DNA from: a virus
Virus record (IMG/VR): IMGVR_UViG_3300045988_124184
Location: 1-35,570 of that record
DNA length: 35,570 nucleotides
Reading direction: 5' to 3' (one strand)
Notes under the pieces: model-generated
Seen by the model: the letters and a program-made list of their open reading frames with translations, nothing else
The model's database searches: none
Told to the model about the DNA's origin: nothing
Part shown: positions 1 through 7,800 of the stretch, piece by piece
How positions within the stretch are numbered: the stretch's first letter is position 1
How the letters are laid out: every line of letters starts with the position of its first letter
Translations under genes and position numbers: made by a program

Positions 1-55
1 TATGTTGTCCTCGAACTTTTATGAAAATCTTTCTGATTGGTTCGAGCAACAAACA
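1..55. repeat. Terminal overlap copy 1 (identical to 35516-35570)
   Basis: Exact 55-nt identity read directly; it lies inside a CDS that continues across the junction in frame. Confidence 0.95.
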
Positions 56-205
56 TTAAAAGGTGACCTTCCGAAATTACCGCAAGGTATGGAAAGTCAA
101 AAAATCGAAGCAATTTCAACAGGATACGCATTGGAAGCGGACGAGTTGGGAAAAACAGCACAATACCAAATTCAATGTAAATTAACTTATTATAAGGAGA
201 GATAA
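2..205 (+). CDS. Neck/tail-completion protein, C-terminal part (gene wraps the junction; begins near 35322)
   Basis: The ORF runs in frame with 35322-35570 through the 55-bp overlap. It lies immediately upstream of the major tail gene. Confidence 0.75.
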   Translation: MLSSNFYENLSDWFEQQTLKGDLPKLPQGMESQKIEAISTGYALEADELGKTAQYQIQCKLTYYKER

Positions 206-206
206 T

Positions 207-707
207 ATGAATCAAACAGTTCAAAGATACCAAATTGCCGACTATCTTAATGTTGGCGAAATGAAAGCAGAAACATACGAGTTAATGGGTGCGGGATTTA
301 ATACATTGGATGAAAACCCAGCCGCTCAACTTGACACAAAAACCTATATCAATGACCGCTCAGCAACATCTACTATCAAAGGTTACCAAGCGCAATTTCC
401 ATTTGATACAGATTTGATTGCATCAGAAAAAGCTGTTATGTTTCTATATGAAGTGGGCAGAAATCAAAAAACAGGTGCAGAAGCAGAAACCGACTATGTG
501 CGTGTAGAACTTTTTAGCCCTGTATCAGAAAAAGAAAATACATTCAAAGCAAGAAAATTCCATGTGTCTATTGAAGTAGCCTCTTTTGCCGGTGCAGGTG
601 GCGAAACTGTTAAAGTAACCGGTAACCTAAATAATGTTGGCTCTTTTGTTGACGGAGAATTTAACACAGAAACAAAAACATTTACTCCTGCAGGCGCAGG
701 AGCGTAA
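207..707 (+). CDS. Major tail protein
   Basis: 166 aa, with an RBS (AAGGAGAG) 6 nt upstream. Its position directly before the chaperone-like genes and TMP is typical. The N-terminus (QRYQIADYLNVG...) resembles Gram-positive siphovirus major tail proteins. Confidence 0.7.
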   Translation: MNQTVQRYQIADYLNVGEMKAETYELMGAGFNTLDENPAAQLDTKTYINDRSATSTIKGYQAQFPFDTDLIASEKAVMFLYEVGRNQKTGAEAETDYVRVELFSPVSEKENTFKARKFHVSIEVASFAGAGGETVKVTGNLNNVGSFVDGEFNTETKTFTPAGAGA

Positions 708-724
708 GAATAGGAGGATATATC

Positions 725-1069
725 ATGATTATTAACGGCGTTGAACTAGAATGTGACGTTTTAGACGTTACAACCTTAAAAGCAATTAAGCAAGGAAGCG
801 AAAGGGTGGCGAACATAAATAAAGAAATCGCTCCCATTCAAGATGAAATCGAACAAATAGAAGCAATGTGTCATATTATTTTTGATTTTTTCAATCATAT
901 TTTTGGAGAAGGTACAAGCAAAAAACTATTTGGTGACAAAGTTAGCCTTGCTCTATGTATGGATGCATTTGAATCCTTTATGAAACAGAAAGCAGAGCAG
1001 GAAGAAGCCTTTCAAAAAAGGGCTGAAAAATACAGCGAAAACCGCAGTCAACGCCGTAAAAAAGCATGA
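725..1069 (+). CDS. Tail assembly chaperone-like protein (gpG analogue)
   Basis: 114 aa, acidic/helical, RBS AGGAGGA. It sits between the major tail protein and TMP and ends in an A6G run. Confidence 0.6.
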   Translation: MIINGVELECDVLDVTTLKAIKQGSERVANINKEIAPIQDEIEQIEAMCHIIFDFFNHIFGEGTSKKLFGDKVSLALCMDAFESFMKQKAEQEEAFQKRAEKYSENRSQRRKKA

Positions 1070-1665
1070 ATATCCTACTAGATAAATTGCCGACAGCCGT
1101 CGAGGTAGGCGGCAAGATGTATGATATCAATGCGGATTTTCGGACAGGAATCAAACTGGAAATGACTGCGATTAGCGAACAGGATGATACAGAAAAACTC
1201 ATGCAAATACTGCTGCTATACTATGGTGACATATCTTGTATTCCTGCTGATGTAGGGGCAGCTTTTACTGCGGTTATGAACTTTTATCACTGCGAAAAAG
1301 ACAATACTTCACAAGGCGGTACGACGACCAACAGGCGCACACAAATCTATTCTTTTGAGCATGACGCGCCGTATATCTATGCTGCATTTTTAGAACAATA
1401 CGGAATTGATTTAACGCAGGAGAATAATTTGCATTGGTGGCGATTCAAAGCAATGTTCGATTCTCTCAGTGAGAAAACTCAATTCGTTAAAATTATGGGC
1501 TATCGTTCCATGACCATCACAAAAGATATGAGCCCACAGCAGAAAGAGTTTTACAGGCGTATGCAGAAAACATATGCTATCCCTGTATCAAAAACCGAAC
1601 GAGAAAAGACCACTGCACTGGAGCAGGCATTATTAAACGGCGGTGACCTAACAGGATTGTTGTAA
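1066..1665 (+). CDS. Phage Gp15-family (A118 gp15-like) tail assembly protein
   Basis: 199 aa, ATGA overlap with the upstream gene, in the -1 frame relative to it, no own SD. The N-terminal pattern (V..GGK.YDIN.DFR..I..E) is as I recall for Pfam Phage_Gp15. Confidence 0.6.
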   Translation: MNILLDKLPTAVEVGGKMYDINADFRTGIKLEMTAISEQDDTEKLMQILLLYYGDISCIPADVGAAFTAVMNFYHCEKDNTSQGGTTTNRRTQIYSFEHDAPYIYAAFLEQYGIDLTQENNLHWWRFKAMFDSLSEKTQFVKIMGYRSMTITKDMSPQQKEFYRRMQKTYAIPVSKTEREKTTALEQALLNGGDLTGLL

Positions 1666-1678
1666 ATACTCACAAAAG

Positions 1679-1707
1679 TTGCTATATCTCTCTAAATATG
1701 ATAAAAT
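1679..1707 (+). promoter_or_regulatory. Sigma-A type promoter of the lipoprotein moron
   Basis: TTGCTA (1679-1684), 17-nt spacer, TGaTAAAAT extended -10 (-10 at 1702-1707), about 30 nt upstream of the 1738 start. Confidence 0.6.
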
Positions 1708-1737
1708 ATTCCATATTGATATAGGGGGAGAAAAAGA

Positions 1738-2250
1738 ATGAAAAAGATGATTGCATTTTTACTGATTGCATCGGCATTATCAGTTGGTTTGGTTGGCTGC
1801 GGAGGAGAGGCGCAGAATAGTAGTTCAATCAGTAATATATCTAGCGAAACTCAACTGTCATTATCAAAAATGAATGCTATTCAAATTACTGAATACTTGA
1901 AAGCGCAGGGACTTCCAATTACGAATGAAATCGATTATACTGAAGAAAATGACCCAAATAAATTATTGGGAAGACCTAACCAATATACCAGTAAAGTAAA
2001 TTTTGCTGATAGTCGAATTACTGAGCAATACGATATTGAAAACGACCCTATTGGTGGGACAATTGAAGTTTTTACTAACAGTGGTGATGCCACAAAACGT
2101 AAAGAATATGTAGAGGCTATTGCTCAAAATGTAAGTTTTGCAACACAGTATATATATCAATTTGACAATGTTTTAATGAGAATGGCTCATGAATTAACCC
2201 CAACTCAAGCTGCGGAGTACGAAGCAGCGCTACAGCAATTAGCTAAATAA
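1738..2250 (+). CDS. Lipoprotein, function unknown
   Basis: Signal peptide plus lipobox (LSVGLVG|C), RBS GGGGGAG, AT-rich relative to the flanking tail genes. Confidence 0.85.
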   Translation: MKKMIAFLLIASALSVGLVGCGGEAQNSSSISNISSETQLSLSKMNAIQITEYLKAQGLPITNEIDYTEENDPNKLLGRPNQYTSKVNFADSRITEQYDIENDPIGGTIEVFTNSGDATKRKEYVEAIAQNVSFATQYIYQFDNVLMRMAHELTPTQAAEYEAALQQLAK

Positions 2251-2262
2251 GGGGAGAAGGAC

Positions 2263-3297
2263 ATGAAAAAAGCAATTAGTGTTTTATTATTGACCGTCAT
2301 GTGTGCAATGGTTTTTGTAGGTTGTGGGAGTAGTGAGAATAAAACTACAAGTTCTACTTCAATTTCGCAAAGAGATACTATTAGTAAGTATTTACCTCAT
2401 AGCGAAAAAGTTACGTGGGATAGTAATGTATACGATGTTATGAATAATGATAATATTATAATGGATAATGACCACGCAATAGCAATGACAGCATATAGCC
2501 CTACAATCGAATCAATAACTTTTGACAGCGCAATGTATACTTTTGAGAATAGTAAGATTGACCGACTGTCTTATAGAAAAAAGGATGAAGGTGATTATCA
2601 AATTATTTCAAATACTATGAGTAAGTTATACGGGGAAAGTTATCTTGATACGGATGATGTAGTCGCATGGCATGTTATTTATCCGAATGGTGAAAAAGGC
2701 GATATTTCTCTGGTTAAAAATGCTTCAACTGGCTCGCTCGTGTTAATGTATTTGAAGTCGAGTGATGTTTCTGCATCAGAAGGGACAAGTACAAACACAT
2801 CTTCTGAAATCGCAGAAAAATCACCACAAGAAATCGTGTCTAAAATGGAAAAAATCCCTGTAAAAGATGAAATGTTTTTCGCTTCACCAGACGAATGTGC
2901 TGAAATTATTAATTTATACCTAGGGGAACTATCACCAATTGTACTTGGGGAAATGGTAACAGGAGAAACTTTTTCTTGGAAAGACTTTACCATATCAAAA
3001 GGTACAAACATTTCTTTTTTTGTAGATGAAACTAGGAAGAGAGTAGAATCCATTCATTTTAATAGTATTGCGACAAGAGATTATCCCGAAAAAAACTTTC
3101 AAGATTACTTTATGGCAACAATACTGGCAATTGATCCCAAAATGACACCTGAAGAATACGGGGAACTGTGCATAGAATTACGGTTTGGGCATCCGAGGAT
3201 TACAGAAGAAACGTATACAGTAGACCGAAATGGTTTTACCTACTCTTTAACTGCATTTGAAAATAACTGTTTTGTAGCTATTAGTCCTCAAAAATAA
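2263..3297 (+). CDS. Lipoprotein, function unknown
   Basis: Signal peptide plus lipobox (AMVFVG|C), RBS GGGGAGAAGG, 344 aa. Confidence 0.85.
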   Translation: MKKAISVLLLTVMCAMVFVGCGSSENKTTSSTSISQRDTISKYLPHSEKVTWDSNVYDVMNNDNIIMDNDHAIAMTAYSPTIESITFDSAMYTFENSKIDRLSYRKKDEGDYQIISNTMSKLYGESYLDTDDVVAWHVIYPNGEKGDISLVKNASTGSLVLMYLKSSDVSASEGTSTNTSSEIAEKSPQEIVSKMEKIPVKDEMFFASPDECAEIINLYLGELSPIVLGEMVTGETFSWKDFTISKGTNISFFVDETRKRVESIHFNSIATRDYPEKNFQDYFMATILAIDPKMTPEEYGELCIELRFGHPRITEETYTVDRNGFTYSLTAFENNCFVAISPQK

Positions 3298-3300
3298 CAC

Positions 3301-3338
3301 AAATACCAACTATCACTAAGGTAGTTGGTATTTTTATT
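3301..3338 (+). terminator. Intrinsic terminator after the lipoprotein pair
   Basis: Perfect 10-bp stem ATACCAACTA/TAGTTGGTAT, 9-nt loop, then TTTTATT. Confidence 0.8.
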
Positions 3339-3358
3339 GGAAAGATTAAAAAAATCTC

Positions 3359-3387
3359 TTGACATATGTACGTACATAAGTTATTAT
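3359..3387 (+). promoter_or_regulatory. Promoter with an embedded 14-bp perfect palindromic operator
   Basis: TTGACA (3359-3364), 17 nt, TATTAT (3382-3387). The spacer contains the perfect palindrome TATGTACGTACATA (3365-3378). Confidence 0.75.
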
Positions 3388-3420
3388 TTAAGTACGGACA
3401 ATAATCAGGAGGTGAATTAA

Positions 3421-3600
3421 GTGTCCCCAAAAGGTAGACCGACAGCAGATAAACGTAATAAACGATTTGAAATAAGATTATCAGAAGATACCTATAAAAC
3501 TTTAGAGGAGTGTTCAGAAATGTTACATATCTCTAAAGCGGAAGTAATTCACAAAGGTATTTCATTGGTCAAATCTGAGGTCGATAAACAAAAAAAATAA
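3421..3600 (+). CDS. Ribbon-helix-helix (Arc/CopG/MobC-like) DNA-binding protein, 59 aa (not in the ORF track)
   Basis: GTG start 8 nt after AGGAGGTG. The sequence VSPKGRPTADKRNKRFEIRLSEDTYKTLEECSEMLHISKAEVIHKGISLV fits a basic N-arm, beta strand and two helices. Confidence 0.7.
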   Translation: MSPKGRPTADKRNKRFEIRLSEDTYKTLEECSEMLHISKAEVIHKGISLVKSEVDKQKK

Positions 3601-3719
3601 CACAAACCGCCACTCGTCGAAAAAGTACGGAATGTGTTATTGAAGCGACCAAATTAGTCGTATAAATATTATACACTATACTTCTATTTTGGTCAAACCT
3701 AAAATAAGGAGTGTTAGTT

Positions 3720-4625
3720 ATGACAAGCTTAATGATGTTTGAAAAATGTAATGTGGAAATTATACAAAATAAAGATGGAACTTTATTATTTGAACTATTT
3801 TCAACTGGTGCAGCACTAGGATATGTTGTCTTTGGAAAAAATAAAAACAGACCTCTGCCGAATAAAGCTAGAATCTTAAAAGTATTGCAAAACGCTGAAA
3901 TTATGGGGTGTTTACATGGTGTAAACACCTATCTAACTGAATCAGAATTATTTGATTTTATGCTAGAAGCAAAGACGGAAAAAGTAAAACCTTTTCGAAA
4001 ATGGGTTACACAGGAAGTGCTCCCCTCAATTCGCAAAACAGGCAGTTATAGCCTAGAACAAAAACAAGAACAGCCATATGAGTACTTTGATAAGATATTC
4101 AACGGCGTACCTGTATTAACTACTTCGGATATAGCATACTTTACTGGGTTGCCGCAAACTAGTGTAGGATGGTATGTACGCAAAAGTGATTTGATTTGTG
4201 GCATCGACTTTTTTGTAGCAGAGGGCAGAGCGTTGGCAGAGATGAAAAAGCGACACCCTAAAATGTCTGCGATGATTTCAAAACTGCTGCTGATAACAAA
4301 GAGTGGTTTTGACAAGCTAATGAAAGAAAATGGTGTGCAGGTAGAGCAAATACCGTGCTTTAATACACCGACACATAAAGAAAAAACAAAAAAACTATAT
4401 GCAATGGTGCCGCAAAATGAAACTATACAGAACAAACTGCAACACATTCGTTCTAAAATGCAAGCACTTGATGAACTCATGATTTGCTACAATAGATATA
4501 ATGTCGAGGTTGAAGCCAGCAAAGGTTTTTTAAGCGCGATAAAAAGCGTAGGTATTGACATTATGACCGGCGTATTTGACTTAGAGGAAATCAAACCACA
4601 AACAACTACAGAAAAAGTTAATTAA
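3720..4625 (+). CDS. Antirepressor, Bro-N domain + ORF6N domain
   Basis: ATG at 3720 is 8 nt after AAGGAG. The Bro-N signature is present (FRKWVTQEVLPSIRKTGSY), with an ORF6N-like middle region (VPVLTTSDIAYFTGL...VGWYVRKS...FF...LLLITKSGFDKL). Confidence 0.8.
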   Translation: MTSLMMFEKCNVEIIQNKDGTLLFELFSTGAALGYVVFGKNKNRPLPNKARILKVLQNAEIMGCLHGVNTYLTESELFDFMLEAKTEKVKPFRKWVTQEVLPSIRKTGSYSLEQKQEQPYEYFDKIFNGVPVLTTSDIAYFTGLPQTSVGWYVRKSDLICGIDFFVAEGRALAEMKKRHPKMSAMISKLLLITKSGFDKLMKENGVQVEQIPCFNTPTHKEKTKKLYAMVPQNETIQNKLQHIRSKMQALDELMICYNRYNVEVEASKGFLSAIKSVGIDIMTGVFDLEEIKPQTTTEKVN

Positions 4626-4633
4626 TAATCAGA

Positions 4634-4666
4634 AGCATTGTACGAAAATGTACAGTGCTTTTTTTA
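4634..4666 (+). terminator. Intrinsic terminator after the antirepressor gene
   Basis: 10-bp stem AGCATTGTAC/GTACAGTGCT (one G-U pair), 6-nt loop, T7 run. Confidence 0.8.
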
Positions 4667-4683
4667 TACCTTTTTAAAGGAAG

Positions 4684-4842
4684 GTGGTACAAATTGAAAA
4701 AATAAAATGTCCCAGTTGTGGACAAACACTATGTAAACTTGAATATGGAAAAATAGAAATTAAATGCATAAGATGCAAAAAAATTATAACGATTACAAAA
4801 ACAACTGATATAAAAACGACAGAGCCTAGAGCCACACCATAG
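4684..4842 (+). CDS. Mu Com-like zinc-ribbon protein (~50 aa; not in the ORF track)
   Basis: (V/I)..EKIKCPSCGQTLCKLEYGKIEIKCIRCKKIITI has CxxC-15-CxxC and the IEI(K/R)C.RCK core of phage Mu Com. The start is uncertain: GTG 4684 or ATT 4693, the latter 5 nt after GGAAGGTGG. Stop is TAG at 4840-4842. Confidence 0.65.
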   Translation: MVQIEKIKCPSCGQTLCKLEYGKIEIKCIRCKKIITITKTTDIKTTEPRATP

Positions 4843-4890
4843 AGTAGTGAGCCGGTGCCTGCTTTTATTGACAAATAGGCAGGTGATTAT

Positions 4891-7800
4891 ATGGCAGATG
4901 GAAAAGTTGTAATCGAAACAGACCTTGATTCCAGTGGGATTCAGGCAGGATTATCAAAATTATCGAGCATAGCACGTTCAAGTGTGAAAGGAACTCTCAC
5001 GTCAATAGCCAGTGCGGGAACAGCCCTTGCGGGTTTGGGCAGCACTGCTATTAAAATAGGTGCAGACTTTGAGGCAGGTATGTCTGAGGTACAAGCTATA
5101 GCAAGAGCAAGTGCTTCAGATATGGAGCTTTTAAAGGAAAAAGCCAAAGAGATGGGCGCGGAAACAAAGTTCAGCGCAACAGAATCAGCCGCAGCGTTTA
5201 AGTACATGGCGCAAGCCGGTTGGAGTACAGAAGATATGCTGAATGGCATATCAGGGGTTATGTCTTTGGCTGCTGCCTCCGGTGAGGACTTAGCTTTAAC
5301 AGCGGATATTGTAACAGATTCGCTAACGGCATTCGGATTAGAAGCGAAGGATGCAGCACATTTTTCTGACGTTTTGGCTATGACTGCAAATGCGACGAAT
5401 ACGGACGTTGCAAATTTAGGGTATACGTTTAAGTATGTTGCACCTGTGGCTGGTGCATTGGGATACTCTATAGAAGATATGTCGGTTGCCATTGGCTTAA
5501 TGGCTAACTCTGGGATTAAAGCAGAAACAGCAGGCACAGCGTTAAGAACAACCTTAACGAATCTTGCAAAACCGACTCAGCAAATGACCGGCTACATGGA
5601 AGAACTGGGAATCTCTTTAACAGATGCGCAAGGAAATGTTAAGCCGTTTAACGAGGTTATGATTGACTTGCGAGAAGGCTTTGAAGGATTAACCGAGGCG
5701 CAGAAAGCTGAGTATGCCGCAGGTATTGCAGGCAAAGAAGCAATGTCTGGGTTACTTGCAATTGTTAATGCAAGTGATGAGGATTTTGCAGCGCTAACTG
5801 CACAAATTAATAACTGTAATGGTGCAGCAGAGGAAGCTGCAAAAATCATGCAGGATAACCTTAAAGGCAGTGTTGAGCAATTAGGCGGCGCCCTTGAAAC
5901 ATTAGGAATTGAATTTTACGAAAGTGTAGATACTCCAATACGTACCATTGTTGATTCTGCAACCTCTATGGTTGATCAGTTAACAAAAGCGTTCAAAGAC
6001 GGCGGTTTATCTGGGCTGGTAAGTGAACTAGGTACGGTATTCGCAGAAGTTGCAACACAAGCAGCAAACAGCGCACCCAAAATGATAGATGCGGCAACAT
6101 CTATGATAACTTCGTTTCTTGACGGCATCAGTCAAAATTCAGGACAGATCTCAAATGCAGCTGTTAAGATAGGTGAATCATTAATAAACGGTATTGCTCA
6201 AATCATACCGCGAGTTGCAGAAGTAGGAGTTGAAATTGTTGCTTCTCTCATTTCAAATCTACTTGGTAGTGATGTAGGACGAAGTGTTGAGGAATTGGGA
6301 AAAACAATTATCGACAGTTTCAAAACAATTGCTAGTGCTGTTTCAGGTGCGCTCAATAGTCTAAAACCTGCATTTTCTACCTTTATAAGTACAGTATCAA
6401 ACATTGCAAAAGCTGTAATACCTCCGCTTACAAAAGTAATTGAGATATGCATTTCTGCCCTCAAACCTATGGCGCCCATATTGCTTGGTGTAGCCGGTGG
6501 TTTTACCGCGTTAAAAATAGTAAAGACTGTAACGGGGCTTATCAAGAAGTTTACTGAGACAGAAATTGTATCGAATACCATTACAACGATACAGAACGGT
6601 TTGCTTTGGGCTAAGATTGCGGCAACGGAAGTATTAACCGGAAAAATTACGCTTGCACAAGCAGCGCAACAACTTTGGAATATCGCAATGGGACAAAATC
6701 CGATTGGTGCAGTAGTAACCGCAATCGGCGTATTTGTTGGCGTTTTAAGCGGTTTGGCAGCTGCTTTGAGTGGAACGAATAGTGAGTATCAAAATGCAGT
6801 CAACTCTCTTAATGACCTCAAGGAAGCACATGAAGAAGTAAGGTCTGAACAGCAAAAAGCACTTGAAGCGGATTTTAAAGAGATTGACCAAATTAATGTT
6901 TTAAAAACGGAGTTGGATAAGCTTGTAGACAGCAATGGAAAAATTAAAGACGGATATCTTGACAGGGCAACTGCTATTGCAGGTGAACTTGCGGAAGCAA
7001 CAGGACTTGAAATAGAAATTATTGACGGACAGATCCAAAAATACGGAGAACTTGGAGAATCGATTGACGCGGTCATTACGAAAAAGCAAATGGCAGCTCT
7101 CACTGATAGTTTGCAAGAGATATCCGACCACGCAGAATCACAGCTTGACGAAGCCAGAGCATACCTTGAAACGGTGACAAAAGCATACAATGATGCGCAA
7201 GCTGCGTATGACAGGGCGAAAGAATACGCAGAGCGCACAGGGGATGACTCCAAGTTAGGAAGCTTAGAACGAGACCTAAAAAATAAACAAGCTGAAATGG
7301 AGAAGCAGATAGCGCTCGTAGATAGTTTGCGAGAAGATATAGCGATGGGAACAGAAGCACTTGCTGTATCGGCATCAGGCGATGCGAAGGTTATGAGCGA
7401 TTTCATGACCAGAGTTTCAGTGAAAGTTGATGAAACTGGAAAAGCAATTATTCAAAGTGAAGCATCTACTTATGCCGAGAGAGAAAGACTTGCAAGTGAG
7501 TATCGTGATATGGCCGAAAGAACAACTGACCAGTATCTTAAAGATTTATATATCAAGCAAGCAGAAGAATTAGAACGGCAAAACGCACAAATGGATTCTT
7601 CATTAGGAATACAAATAGCACTAATCGACAGCAAAGGTGAGCAATTCAACCTATCGTACGCCGCATTAATGGATAAAGCTGCGGAAGGTATAACAAATGG
7701 CGGTGTCGGTGTTGACTTAGCCATGCAGGAAAATATGTTAGCTATTGTGACAGCCATTACAAATGCTCAATTGCCTGTGGAAGAACAGACAAGATTGTTG

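Noticed and set aside
3569-3928. 119-aa - strand ORF
   Set aside because: It overlaps the 3' end of the RHH ORF, the intergenic region and the 5' end of the Bro-N antirepressor gene. It has no SD, and its composition is typical of an antisense frame.
4674-4874. 66-aa - strand ORF in the track
   Set aside because: It has no SD and a hydrophobic, low-complexity sequence. It is the antisense shadow of the + strand Com-like zinc-ribbon ORF, which has a recognisable family signature and an SD.
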